From contig NW_026262659.1 of assembly GCF_021869535.1 (NCBI RefSeq), forward strand, positions 9,424,001-9,488,000: a stretch of 64,000 nucleotides of DNA, given 5' to 3'. Below the pieces are notes generated by a model. It saw nothing but the letters and a program-made list of their open reading frames with translations, did no database searches and had not been told where the DNA came from. Within the stretch, counting starts at the first letter, position 1, and every line of letters starts with the position of its first letter. Both the position numbers and the translations under genes were made by a program. This DNA is from Mytilus californianus. Lineage: Eukaryota. Positions 25,249-37,829 of this stretch are shown here, piece by piece.

Positions 25249-25654
25249 GTACATCTTATATAATTATGATTTTTCTATAAGATTTCCTATGTTGTACAAT
25301 ACATCCCATTCATCGCGGTTATTGTATTTTTCGAACAAGGTAATTTCTGATTCTGTATAAAAATAAATAGATGTGGTATGATTGCCAATGAGACAACTAT
25401 CCATCAAAGTTCAAATGAAGTGGATGTAAGCAATTATAGGCAACAGTACGGCCTTCAACAATGAGAAAAACCCATACAATATAGTCGGCTATACAAAGCC
25501 CCTACATGAAAAATATGAAACATTCAATTGAGAAAACTAACGGCCTAATTTATAACAAAACAATTTACGAAAAACAAATATGGCCGACATGAACTAACGA
25601 CATCCACTGAACTACAGGCTCCTGACTTGGGACAGGCACACAAGGAATGTGGGT

Positions 25655-25687
<33 letters not shown>
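25655..25687. repeat. Poly-G run (33 nt) inside a dispersed-repeat copy
   Basis: Direct; expands the gtggcgggg site found in other copies. Confidence 0.85.
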
Positions 25688-25691
<4 letters not shown>

Positions 25692-26436
25692 ACATGTTTG
25701 TGAGCGATCAACCCCCTAGCTAGTTCAAAGCCAATAACAACTAATAAAACAAATCATATATCTGATTCATTTCTACCAAAGTCTCGTATTTCATAAAATA
25801 AAATTAGACTGATATAAAGGAGATAAAACATTTCATGAGTGTTTTTTTTTTATGGGGGGGGGGGGGGAGGATAATATGGAACTATTAAGATATAAATAGA
25901 AAGAAAATAAAGACAAAACTAACAAATAAAAGCACTTTTGATCACTATGTGCAAGTTTTATGCTTTCTTCATTATTACATGACATGCACAAATGTCCAAA
26001 AAGTACAAATACATAACATACATGTACTTACATCCTAAAATACCTATTTCTGGATTTATAAAGATTTTCATTAATATTTCAGCATCATTGAAATCTCTGC
26101 AAAATGTGTTTTCCTTTGAGTGCTCTTAAAAGTGTCATCAAAATTATATATCATCGGTTTACGCTCTGTTGGTTCCTCATGAAAATAGAGAAAGCATATT
26201 TATGGTAATTTTCATTATTTAAAAAACATATAAATACACACCAACGTCAAACGTTGTTAGATAGAGATCTTTTATATTTTTTTCTAATCATATTTATTTT
26301 AGATAGAACTCAAATGCCCTAATCAGCGTTCCTTACTGCAGAAACTTGCATTAAATAATGCTATGACAGTCAAATTTGTTTACTTTAATAGATTCAATCA
26401 AAATATAACAATATTAACTATTAATTTGAATTAAAG

Positions 26437-26590
26437 GTTTGAATCCTATCCTAAAGGATAAAGTATATGGCGTGAAAGCCGGTACATCTGTACTTACTAA
26501 TGATATTTGTAACCAGAATGGTAATGAAATGAACGAAATGACACAAATAGCGGACCAAATAAGCATGAGAAAGAGTGAAGAAATAACAAG
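26437..26590 (+). CDS. Gene B exon 4
   Basis: Lies within ORF 26439-26654; reads (G)LNPILKDKVYGVKAGTSVLTNDICNQNGNEMNEMTQIADQISMRKSEEIT(R); D-x-x-YG...C-N aligns to gene A DHLYG...VCN. Donor AG|GTACGA at 26590; an alternative donor is possible at 26520. Confidence 0.6.
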
Positions 26591-27568
26591 GTACGAAATG
26601 CAACGTAGCCTATTCCCTCCTTTTTTCAATGTGAAAATGATACTTGTATTTTGAAGTTTTTTTTATTATATTGTGATAGATATATATATAGATAATGCAT
26701 AATTGACGATTTAATGTTATTCAGTTTATTGAGACTCGCATTTTGTTTGCATAATGTTTACTGAGAGAAAATATAATTCACCCACAATGCCTAATTCTAA
26801 TAATTGATTTATTTTAAATTCATCAAACACTAAAACATTTCTTGGTCTACAAATGCACTTTCAAAATAGAAGGTAATCAGTGCCTTACACTATATAAAAA
26901 TTGCTCATCGCTCGCACAACGTGAAGGCGTCCAAGCAGTTAGCTAATTCTATTTACTGATACATTGAGCTTGTAAGACATGCCTACAAATGTTCATGTTC
27001 AATGCCTTTGTAAAAGGACGTGGGACCTTTTTTTATATTCTCTTTTTCTACTTTTGTTAAGATTTTTTCTGGTAGAAAGGGGATAATTCAAATGTATAAC
27101 ATTTATACTCTAGACAAGTATAAACTATATAATGTATAATTTATGAAGCTTGTTCAGATGCATCTGTTCTATCATGTTGTGGAAACGTTAACGAGAACAT
27201 GGTTTGTTTGAAATGTTGACTGTTTCAGATATAATTAGATCAACATTTGCTTCCTTTTTTCTCTGTATATTTAAATGTAAGTTTTAGGTGTACAAATATA
27301 TTTTGCGTTATGATTTGTGATTCAATGTCCGTTTTTCCATGAAAGTCCATTATTCTTATAATTCATTAAACTTCTTTCCGAGTCTCAAACTCATTTTCAT
27401 TGTATCGCTCTATTTACATTGTATTGTACAACAACATTGATTTAAATTGATATATTATGAAAGTTTCATTTAAATTGTGAATGTCTCATCTATTTAATAT
27501 AGAGTACAAACATTTAACTGATAATATCATCATTGTAGTATTACATACAAATATGCATTATTTTGTAG

Positions 27569-27611
27569 ACTGGTCGATTCACTAGAAAGGGAACTTGAAG
27601 ACCGACCTTGA
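27569..27611 (+). CDS. Gene B putative terminal exon 5
   Basis: Acceptor attattttgtag; phase 2 gives (R)LVDSLERELEDRP-stop. The total model is 543 nt (180 aa plus stop). Confidence 0.45.
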
Positions 27612-30600
27612 ACATCTGTAGTTACATTGTAGATAGTCTCTAATAACATTTTGTAGATTTTCGAGAAAAAATACTATAGTTGCACCAGAGAATATCATTT
27701 TTGATTTCATCTTATATAGCTGATGATGATTCTGTATTCAAGCAAGTTTGGCGCAATCAGAAGTGTGTACACAAACATCTGGTCTGAATTTTTGTATTGT
27801 AATATCAAAATCTTGTAAATGATTTTACAGATGTAAGAAAATAATTTACTTACAAATTGTTTTTAATTATCTTCATTATTATTATTATCATCATTATCAA
27901 TAGAAAAAAAATGTTAGGTCATATGTATGTGTGTGTGTTCATGTATTTGCCACTTAAAGATTTATAAATGTTTTAATGGGCACAGAGCATAGCATTTTTT
28001 CATAATTGGGCATCGGATTTAACCGGACGAGACTGCGTGTTTATACTTCCCTCACACTTAAACAAGCGCCTCCTCCCTCAGAACGTTCAAACGAAAGAAG
28101 CGCATTTTCTATATCACAGTCAATCTTCTGGTTGAGAGTTCTGTACTTCAATCAATTGATGGAAGCGACAGTTTGCTGCTAGTTCGTTGCTGTTCTACTA
28201 TCAATTGATTTTTTAAAGGAAGATAGTACACGTAGAACTAAAACGTTAGGCAAGTGTTATCGGAACCAGATTTAGACAACCATTCGCTTAAATCAGGTTA
28301 ATTAATTATATCATTCTTTTACATCGTTTCCAACAGATTCATGACGTCCATATTTGTTTATGTAATCGTTCCCAGAAGATTTTGAACAAACACGTATACG
28401 TCTTTCACTTTAACTACACAGGTTTGTTCTGGTGACTTCTGATCCGTGTCTTCTTTCTCAATTTCAATAACAGAAAAGGTCCTGCATGTGTCTGTCGTAA
28501 CATTGTTCACTTACTGTTTAATTGATATTGGAAACGGGGAATGTGTCAAAGAGACAACAACCCGACCAAAGAGCAGAAAACAGGCCAAGGCCACCAATGG
28601 GTCTTCAACACAGCGAGAAAATCCCGCACCCAGAGGCGGGCTTCATCTGGCCCATAAACAATAATGTATACTAGGTCTGCGAAAATGGACATCACACTAA
28701 ACTCCGAAAGATATAAATGAACCAATATTAAAAAACATACAAGACTAACAAAGGCCAGAGGTTCCTATGACATACTTGACACCGATAATCAATGAATAAG
28801 AAACTGTCATATGTAGTTAAGATAAATATGTGGTTTTTCCCTACATTTTGCAAACTAGTCATCAATTTTATATAACAGACGTGAACAAGAGCGAGCTGCT
28901 GAGCAATCTAGATGAGTCCTATCCTTGATCAAAGTATGTAGGTGCTCTTACATCTCAGGAACACAAAAAATTGGGCTTAACATTTGTTAAACTACATGTT
29001 TCATAACATGTACCAAATTGGCACACCATCTGCATAAATTGCGACGGTTACGAGGTGGGCAAGTATAAATTACACAAGCATCTTCATTATACCAGCAATG
29101 AAATAAAGTATTGGCCTGACATGCTGCAGTGCTCATGAGTATTACTTATATCAAAACATTCACAAGCGCTATCACAAACCAATACCAATCACCTCTGTGG
29201 TTAACTGTATTATTCCGTGCCATAACATGAAAGTGTGTTGACAGAATGCTGAGTAAATACAGAGAATCATTGACACGTTGATATAAACATCGGTTATGTT
29301 TCTGACTTATAATATCAGTTCTTAAAATAAAAAAGAACTTCACGAATAGCTATGGCATTGAAGTACCTAGACTACATTTGCTCAGCAGTATGGTTCATGT
29401 CTAGGTAAATGTACATCTATTTTTCTTGGAGTTCGATAATTTTGTTATTTTACTTTTTTTTATAACAATTTTCAAACCAATAAATATATATGAATAGAAA
29501 TAAATAAAAATGAAAATCCGTGAAAAGATGAGTATAAAAAGCGGTTTTAAATCGTTCCTAGTCGATACAAGTGGTGAAAAAAAATGAACAAAAAATTCAG
29601 AGATTTAACATAAACCAACTTTTCCAAATGTTTATTTCATTTTCAAATGTTAATTTTATTATTTTCTGCAAGAAAATTGTGTACTAATAAACACATAAAT
29701 TGGGTGAGATCTTTTCTTCTTGTACTGTTCATGATGTTGCTGTATGAAACCAAATCCGAGGTACAATCGCCGATATTAGACCTAGAGGAGTACAGGGCAG
29801 AGATATAAGTTTGGAATTGAATAGAAGAATATGTTGAGTAAACGTCAATGAGATAACACCACAACAATAAAAATAACCAATAGACATCCAGAGGTCAATA
29901 TACGGTCTTCAATAGAGAGATGTATTAACAAAATATCAAGCTGTAAATCGCCTGGTGTCTATTGTGGCATATTTTGGCCTCAAGCATCACTGAAGAGACA
30001 TTGATTGTCGAAATGCGCATCTGGTGCAGAAAAATGTGTACCGTTTATGTTATTGTATAAATGTAACAAAGCCTACCAAACATCTGTCATCATCGATTAT
30101 GTTGATGCGTGTCACTTCAAAATTGATGTAGACAAACCTACATGGGCGGATGAACGGCATAGAACGGACAATTTTGACACTCTTCGTTCTTGTTTATGAT
30201 TATGTATTAGTTCATACTCTAGTTCTTTAAAATTTCTGCAGTATAATAATGCGAAAAATGAATCTTTAGCCTATTTCGTACCAAGTTCGTCTTACAAGCG
30301 AACAACGCCCCCATTACCATGTAAGATGCATCGAGAAGTGTTTTTAGGACAATTGTGACTAAAATATAGGACGGTTTATATTGGAGTATGTGTCAGTTAC
30401 TCCTCGCCTCGTTTCCAGCTGTTTTATGTATGCTTTTGATTTAAGTGATTGCCGTATTTTTAAAAGAAAGAATTAATTAAAGAAAAATTATCTTCCCGCT
30501 TTAGTGTTATATATTAATAATTTAATTTTGAATGTAACGCATCTTCTGATTGGCTGACGCTGTTTTGTTTATCAGCTCATAGACATAATTTTGTCATGTG

Positions 30601-30665
30601 ACCTTGACGTCATCAACGTTTTTTCATGGTTTACTCCGGTTTAAAATGGAATTTAGAATTAAATT

Positions 30666-30822
30666 ATAAGAAATGAATGTAATATTTTTTCTGTCTATTC
30701 GAAATAACATAAAAAATGTGGTGCACACTTCAAAATAACCTGCTACGCGGGTTATTCAGTGTGCACCACATTTTTGATGTTATTTCTTCATAGACAGAAA
30801 AAATATTACAGTCATTCCTTAA
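30666..30822. mobile_element. Foldback/hairpin MITE
   Basis: gtaatattttttctgtctat..gaaataacataaaaaatgtggtgcacact pairs with agtgtgcaccacatttttgatgttatttc..atagacagaaaaaatattac; the right end is ccttaa. Confidence 0.8.
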
Positions 30823-30980
30823 GTAAATATATTGTATATTCATATTAGTATTTAGAAAATAAATATATTTATAGCTCTTTTTTATTTTTCTAAAATCAAA
30901 TAAAAATGCATTCAAAGATCGATACGTAACAATTAATAAAAAGGAGTAATTTCATAATTATTTCAAACACAATTTCAATA

Positions 30981-32816
30981 TTACTGTCTGTAAACAAATA
31001 TTCTTTTGCCACATTCGCTTGATATTATTAGTTTTCTTAATGTTTTATTGTAATTGATAGCATACGGTAAAGACAAACATTCAAAAGCTGGTTCATCGAT
31101 CAAAAACTTGCTTCCATCTGTCGAAATTTCTAAAACATGTGGCGATGACCCGTAATTGATCACTAGCACTTTCCCCTCTGGTAAAGACGTGATCCCTTTA
31201 AAAATAGATCCGTTATACTTAAACTTGTAAATGATATCTCCAGAACTATCGAAGCAAATGAAGGAACTGTCATCGTCATTGGTAAAATAGATTTTATTCC
31301 CAGCTGAATGAACATAGTTACGGTAACTAACTGGTGTAATAATTGTATTTAATATTTGACCACGATGATCTATTACTAATAACCCTTCCGTTTTACACGC
31401 CACTACTAAATGCTTGTTCATTTTAGTTATTCCAAAGCACCCATAAGTTAGTTCTACAATTTTTCGCTTTTCTTTTTCTTTTGGATAAACCACTTGAAAA
31501 TATTTTTTAAAAGGCAGTGTAACAAAAACCCTATTAGAATCCACCAAAGTAAAGTCAAACGGTTCATCTTTAAGGTGATACACGTCTAGAATGGAACCTT
31601 CTTCTGTACAATTGAGTAGACGTTTATTCTTGCCATCCGCCAGTAGTAGGTTCCCATCATCAAGAATTAGTACTCCTGTTATCATGACGTCATTTTTTTC
31701 TTCAGTTGGTACAATGAAATCTGAAGACAGGTAAAACGTTGGAACTAAAGCTTTCCGCTCGAAACTGACGGTGTTCTCCTGGCGATTCTTGACCGACTGT
31801 TTTGGTGTTATCGGTGACAAGGTTCTGTTTTTATAATTATTATACTCGTTTTCTCTCACGGTTAAGATATCCATATCAACATGAACAGGGCTACATAAAT
31901 GCGGATCAAAACCTAACTGATGAGCCGAATACGGAATTTGAGTCCGATCCGTATTCTTTGGAACATCTATTTCAACCTCAGTTTCTGTTAATCTAATTCC
32001 ACCAAGCTTTTCAGCATTGAGGAGTTTCTGAAAGCTTTCTTTAATGGACAAGTCGAGTTTCAAATCCTTAACACTTTCGGGTAGGCTAAGCAGATATCTT
32101 TCGTGCCGGGTTTGTATATGGGCACAGTCCTGAATGAAGTTAACAGTTTCTGCATTCGAACCGACCAGCTGTAATTCCTCGATCATTTCAAGATGTGAAG
32201 CGATTGCTTTTCTCTTTTCTTTAAGGTCATCGATTTGAGTTTGAAGTCTTGTCTTGTAGTCGGTCATGTCGATATCAACATCTTCCAAGAGCTTCTTGAT
32301 CAATATTTCTATGGCTTTCCTCATATTTTCACGAAATGTTTGTACTTGATTTACAATTACTTCTTTCTGTTTATCTAGTGCCTTCAAATTCTTATTTCTA
32401 TTTTTAAGAATTTTACCGAATGTAAGACTGGACTCCCTCAGCCTCTGATTGAGATCATTGATAGCAAACGAGTTCCGGGCACCTGTTCCATCTGAGTTTA
32501 TGTCAAGTGTCTTACAGTTGAAATGAGTTATGTCTTTCTTACATAGATCACAGATAGTATGATTATGAAACCGACAATACATCGATATAACTTTGGAAGG
32601 GTGTGTTCGGCAAAACATTATTGGGCGCTCCTTCCTGAGCGAAAAGATGTGGTAATCTTCAACTGGCATGAAGCTATGATTAGAGGAAAATTTCAATTTC
32701 TGATGCCGCTTTTTGCAAGGGGTACAAAGGAACTTCATACACTTGTCACACCAGCCAACAGCTATTTTGTTCTTTCCTTGTCCAGCACAGTTATTACAGG
32801 GGAAAGTCGTAGCCAT
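30981..32816 (-). CDS. RING-less TRIM-like protein: B-box1, B-box2, coiled coil and NHL-like beta-propeller (611 aa, single coding exon)
   Basis: CNNC...WCDKCMKFLCTPCKKRH and CRTH...YCRFHNHTICDLC...H B-boxes, a heptad-rich middle, and propeller-like repeats (ITGVLILDDGNLLLAD, PFDFTLVD, CFGIT, KIYFT, PYAI). Likely start is MATTFPC at 32816, just after acceptor tttcattgtag. Confidence 0.9.
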   Translation of the reverse strand: MATTFPCNNCAGQGKNKIAVGWCDKCMKFLCTPCKKRHQKLKFSSNHSFMPVEDYHIFSLRKERPIMFCRTHPSKVISMYCRFHNHTICDLCKKDITHFNCKTLDINSDGTGARNSFAINDLNQRLRESSLTFGKILKNRNKNLKALDKQKEVIVNQVQTFRENMRKAIEILIKKLLEDVDIDMTDYKTRLQTQIDDLKEKRKAIASHLEMIEELQLVGSNAETVNFIQDCAHIQTRHERYLLSLPESVKDLKLDLSIKESFQKLLNAEKLGGIRLTETEVEIDVPKNTDRTQIPYSAHQLGFDPHLCSPVHVDMDILTVRENEYNNYKNRTLSPITPKQSVKNRQENTVSFERKALVPTFYLSSDFIVPTEEKNDVMITGVLILDDGNLLLADGKNKRLLNCTEEGSILDVYHLKDEPFDFTLVDSNRVFVTLPFKKYFQVVYPKEKEKRKIVELTYGCFGITKMNKHLVVACKTEGLLVIDHRGQILNTIITPVSYRNYVHSAGNKIYFTNDDDSSFICFDSSGDIIYKFKYNGSIFKGITSLPEGKVLVINYGSSPHVLEISTDGSKFLIDEPAFECLSLPYAINYNKTLRKLIISSECGKRIFVYRQ

Positions 32817-33952
32817 TCTTGTTGCTACAATGAAAATACGTTTTGTGTAAGTATACCAAGAAGACAAGTAATATAAGCGAATTCCGAACGTCAAACAGTC
32901 AAGACAATTCATCAATGTATAAATGTTGAGACAACGAAATGGGCAATTCAACGGCATCTCAGAGCTTAAAACAGTTTACTCATTTGATATCTTACAACAT
33001 GCTTAAAATTAAACAATTTTGTTTTACCTTTATTAATAAATAAATATATATATATATACATATTTTAATTCTCTGTATAAAATTTAAAAAAAAAAGATAT
33101 TTCAAAAAAAGTTTTACAAATTTGGATAATATTTTGCATACCTGCCATTTGGTTGCCTGCCATTTTGAAAGTATTCCTTTTTATACTTTACCAATGTAAA
33201 AATATTTAATCGGTTCTCCAGTGCAACCTAATGTTCCGTATCCACAATTGCAGTAACGTTTAAATATTTCAATTGATTTTGTGTTATTTTTCGTGCTTAA
33301 TTTCAAAGGTTATTCATACAGATTAAAATATCTGTTGTTATAACGTATTTAATGAATTAGATCTCCGATCGTTTTGTTTTTAAAGTGCACCGAGAAACAT
33401 AGCTAAATTTAAAATATGTCTGTTTTAAAAAATTCCCTTTTGTCAACGCCCTACCTTTAATTGTTATATGAGAAACTATCTTGTGAAGGTTAGAATAGCC
33501 TGCTCCAATGTATCATGTATTCATTTGTCAAATCTCTTTTATTTATATTCGTTTGAATGTAAATAAACACTCTGGGTATTGACCGAAATATAATCCAAAA
33601 CAGAAATGGGTTTTTTGAAAAGATTAAGATAACAACTGCAATATTATTTATTGGCCTGAGATAGCGTTGTGTTTACAAACAGTACACAGTGTAGAGATTG
33701 GCTTCTTTATATTAAGACCACTTTTAATCGGTCAGTAGAAGAGAACAGTTATACAGTAACTATTGAACGCGTGAATCAGCTGTTTATTTTTGTTTCCCTT
33801 GTCCCTGATTGTGATATTTATTATAGATTAAATGTTCTTCGGGACAGTTTTTTTTTTCATCTTCATCGCGAAATGTGCGAAAATAAACTCCATTTGAACA
33901 TTTCCAACTTTTCTTTATTACCAAAAAAGCTGATAGAAAAACAAAGAAAAAT

Positions 33953-34208
33953 ATTGATTGATTGATTGTTGGTGTTTAACGCCACTTTTAGCACTTTTGA
34001 TAAAGTCGTGGCAGTCTGTGTTTTTTTTTTTGTTGGTGGAGGAATCAGGAGTGCCAAGTAAGAACCACTAACCTTCGGCGAGAAAATTGGTAGTTCTAGT
34101 CAATTAAGATTAGAGTCGACCTGCCACGGGTTAGAACTCACACACTCAATGTTGACAGGGCAGTAATACAGTTGATAAACTACTTAGACCACTCGACCAC
34201 AGAAGCCC
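33953..34208 (-). mobile_element. tRNA-derived SINE
   Basis: Minus strand: A box TGGTCGAGTGG, B-box-like GAGTTCTAACCC, body ttcctccaccaacaaa, tail aaagtggcgttaaacaccaa ending in (caat)n. Confidence 0.75.
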
Positions 34209-35480
34209 ATCAAAGAAAAACAAAGAGTTTTGTATAGAATAAAAGCGAAATGCTACATTGTATATTAGACTGACTGTGTTCGTTATTCTTTTCACATTCA
34301 AAAATTCTTAAAAAGTCTCCCCTCAAAAAGAAGCAAGGATAAAAGTTGATTCCTATTTTATGACTAAATGACAACACACATTTATAAATCTGCTTTAACT
34401 GTAAAATGCGTTAATCACCAAAGTCTTAAAATATGTAGAGATTTAAAAAGAGTGACTTATTTTTTACATGGCGTGGTCAAAAAGATGTCATTAAGTGTAT
34501 TTAGAATGATTGGGAAACTCTTTATGGGAACTTTCAGAATATCCGTGCGGTTAGAGCGACACATATTTCTCTATTGTTATTGCATTGATCAGAATGAAAA
34601 AGGGTAAGAGTGAAATACTACAAAACTAGTGTTACATCGTCCTTTGTTTACTTTTCAGAAGGTAAATACACTTCATTTATATGTAATGACAAAACGTTCA
34701 ACTTTCCAAAGTTCTATGCTTATCTCCCTTTGATATTGCTCGAATTATGCTTCGTTTCAAAATTTTCACCTTAATTGCGGATTTCAATCTTCATGCTGGG
34801 TCCATTTGTAGTAGCTACCTAATGTATAAATTGTTCATACGTTTTCCGTCCTGCATATGCATGTTTTATTTGCCACTGCACGTTAAGCAAAAACAATCAG
34901 TTTGGAATATTACTTGTTTGAATTTTTTTTAATTCTAAATTCTAACTTGGTGCATTATTATCATACACATTGGCTAGAGGTGTAGGGGGAGTGTTGAGAT
35001 CTCACAAAACATGTTTTACCCCGCCGCATTTTTTTGTATATCAATTCGTTCTTACTTTATTCGTGTACAGGTAGTTTACGTGGGTGTGAGTTTGAATTAG
35101 AAAAGAGGAAAGAAGTTTATTTAGGTATACGTGTATCAGGTAGCAACCAAACAATAGAGATTGGCCCAAATAAACATACATGTATCAAGCCAAAATTAAT
35201 CAGATGACCGAGGACTGGAATACTTAAGATTATTATAGTCATAATGTGGTACACTCGTCATTGTTCAACGAACCGTCATACAGGGATATGTACAATTAAT
35301 TAAAATACTTTACAGTACAAGAAATAAAGAAATGTGGAATAGAACAATTGTTTTCTAACGGGACACTCTGATGATTTAAGACACTCCCAACAGATTGTTA
35401 TAGCTTGTTCTTATGTTGTGCTATACACCACTGTCCCATGTTAGGGAGGGTTTAGTACTCACACATGTTAAATCTCGTAA

Positions 35481-36435
35481 TATTCTTTATGTTCTGTCCA
35501 AAGTCAGGAGCCTGTAGTGGAATGGTGATCGTTGGTTGCAGTTAGTCATATTCTGTATGTGGTGTCCAAAGACAGGAGCCTGTAGTTGAATGGTTATCGT
35601 TGGTTGCAGTTAGTCATATTATGTTTGTGCTGTCCAAAGTCAGGAGCCTGTAGTTAAATGGCTATTGTTGGTTGTGGTTAGTCATATTCTGTATGTGCTG
35701 TCCAAAGTCAGGAGCCTGTAGTTGAATGGTTATTGTTGGCTGCGGTTAGTCATATTCTGAATGTGCTGTCCAAAGTCAGGAGCCTGTAGTTGAATGGTTA
35801 TCGTTGGTTGCAGTTAGTCAAATTCTGTATGTGCTGTCCAAAGTCAGGAGCCTGTAGTTAAATGGTTATTGTTGGTTGTGGTTAGTCATATTCTGTATGT
35901 GCTGTCCAAAGTCAGGAGCCTGTAGTTGAATGGTTATTGTTGGCTGCGGTTAGTCATATTCTGAATGTGCTGTCCAAAGTCAGGAGCCTGTAGTTGAATT
36001 TTTATCGTTCGATGTGGTTAGTCATATTCTGTATGTGCTGTCCAAAGTCAGGAGCCTGAAGTTGAATGGTTATCGTTGGTTGCGGTTAGTCATATTCTGT
36101 ACGTGCTGTCCAAAGTTAGTAGCCTGTAGTTGAATGGTTATCGTTCGTTGCGGTTAGTCATATTCTGTATGTGCTGTCCAAAGTCAGGAGCCTGTAGTGA
36201 AATGGTTATCGTTGGTTGCGGTTAGTCATATTATGTATGTGCTGTCCAAAGTCAGGAGCCTGTAGTTGAATGGTAATCGTTCGTTGCGGTTAGTCATATT
36301 ATGTATGTGCTGTCCAAAGTCAGGAGCCTGTAGTTGAATGGTTAACGTTGGTTGCGGTTAGTCATATTATGTATGTGCTGTCCAAAGTCAGGAGCCTGTA
36401 GTTGAATGGTTATCGTTGGTTGCAGTTAGTCATAT
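35481..36435. repeat. Satellite array, 14 x 68 bp, nested within a dispersed-repeat copy
   Basis: gtccaaag recurs at 35496, 35564, ... 36380 at exact 68-bp spacing; there are no unique spacers. Confidence 0.95.
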
Positions 36436-36779
36436 CCTTTTTTCGTTTATTGTTTGATCATTAATCATATCGTTGGTTTTCTCGATTGCATTGATTCACA
36501 TTTTGTCATGGTCGGGCCATTTATAGCTGAATAGACGGTACGGGACTTGATCATTGTGGAAGGTCATACGGTGACATACTGTTGCTTTAATTCACGTCTC
36601 ATAACTGTTTCATTGGCAATAACACCACATCTCTTCATTTTTATATATTATACTAAATTGGAAAATGGGAAATTTTCTTTCAAAGTGAAATCTATTAATT
36701 GCAAACAAGTAGTTGTTTTAAGGATCTTGGACGTGCACAGAGATAGACATTTTCCCAAACGATACTGTAAGATCATATA

Positions 36780-37200
36780 CCTGGTTTATCAAGAGTTCAA
36801 AGTAAAATTGAAGCCATCGCTTCTAAAGTTTTATGGGTGTAATCATGATTTTGATTGACCATTATGGAATATCTGTTTCATGGATGACTACGGGCATGTT
36901 AAACTTATTGTAATCACAATCCTCGATTGTGATAATACGGAATGCGACTTACCACCTGATATGTACGACGAGTGTATGCCTCGATTGTGACAATACGGAA
37001 TACGACTTACCACCTGATATGTACGACGAGTGTATGCCACGTGTGGAATAGGAACTGACTACTCTTCCGGAGTACCAGAGTTCATCCCGGTTTTTTGTGT
37101 CGTTCATATTGTTAAATCTTTAGTGTTCTGTGTTATGTTTTGTTATTGTTGTTAGTCTTATCGTCGTTTCAGTTTATTTTTTACCATGGCTTTGTCTGTT
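36780..37200 (+). pseudogene. 3'-end fragment of a Penelope-like retroelement
   Basis: QEFKVKLKPSLLKFYG matches QEFQMVKLKSSLRKFYG of the 54672-55589 ORF, followed by a similar 3' UTR; contains a local duplication of about 58 bp. Confidence 0.65.
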
Positions 37201-37829
37201 TTGTTGGACTTTTTTAATTGCCTCCTTTGGTTTTTTTCTCACTCCCCCCTCCCCTCCCCCCTGTATTATAGAAAGTTCTGCAGATTTAAAATTTGGTTTA
37301 AGAATACACAGTTTAATTTTTGAACATGCTATCTACATAAGATTGAGAATGGAAACGGGGAATGTGTCAAAAAGACAACAACCCGACCAATGAGCAGCAA
37401 ACCTTCAAAAACCGCCAACTGGTTTTCAACACAGCGAAAAAATCCCGCACCCGCTGCAAGTGGTCATTATTGAGAGCCAATATACAATGTATCATCCAAA
37501 TATCTAAAATTGTTATTAAATTTTGGTATCAGATGTTGTTACGATGGGTCTTTCCTTATTTTTTGCCATAAATTGTAGCTCGTAACAATACAGAAACAGG
37601 TCCGCAATAAGTGGTGCACAGAGTGTCCACATTTGAATTCCGATAACTTGACGATATACGGAATCTCCATAGCGAGCAAAAATGTTATCTAGTAAAAATA
37701 CAAGTTCAGTTATCGTTCACACATTTTTTTTCTACTGGAAAAGATGTTAATTTAAGCCACTGCAGTTCAACCGGAGTCTGGGGTGAAATATCTTGCCTTT
37801 TTCACAACCAGTATTTTAATATGTACGGA

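Noticed and set aside
25282-25339. Extra mini-exon for gene B
   Set aside because: It would need a 33-nt intron, and no frame is compatible with both neighbouring exons.
25655-25687. Poly-G as a functional G-quadruplex
   Set aside because: It is a homopolymer expansion within a repeat copy; its length may be a slippage or sequencing artefact, and there is no supporting evidence.
32817-32957. 47-aa N-terminal extension of the TRIM ORF
   Set aside because: It starts at a non-ATG codon and spans a clear splice acceptor, so it is probably intron sequence.
35481-36435. CRISPR-like array
   Set aside because: Units are contiguous 68-bp repeats with no unique spacers, there are no cas genes, and the context is eukaryotic.
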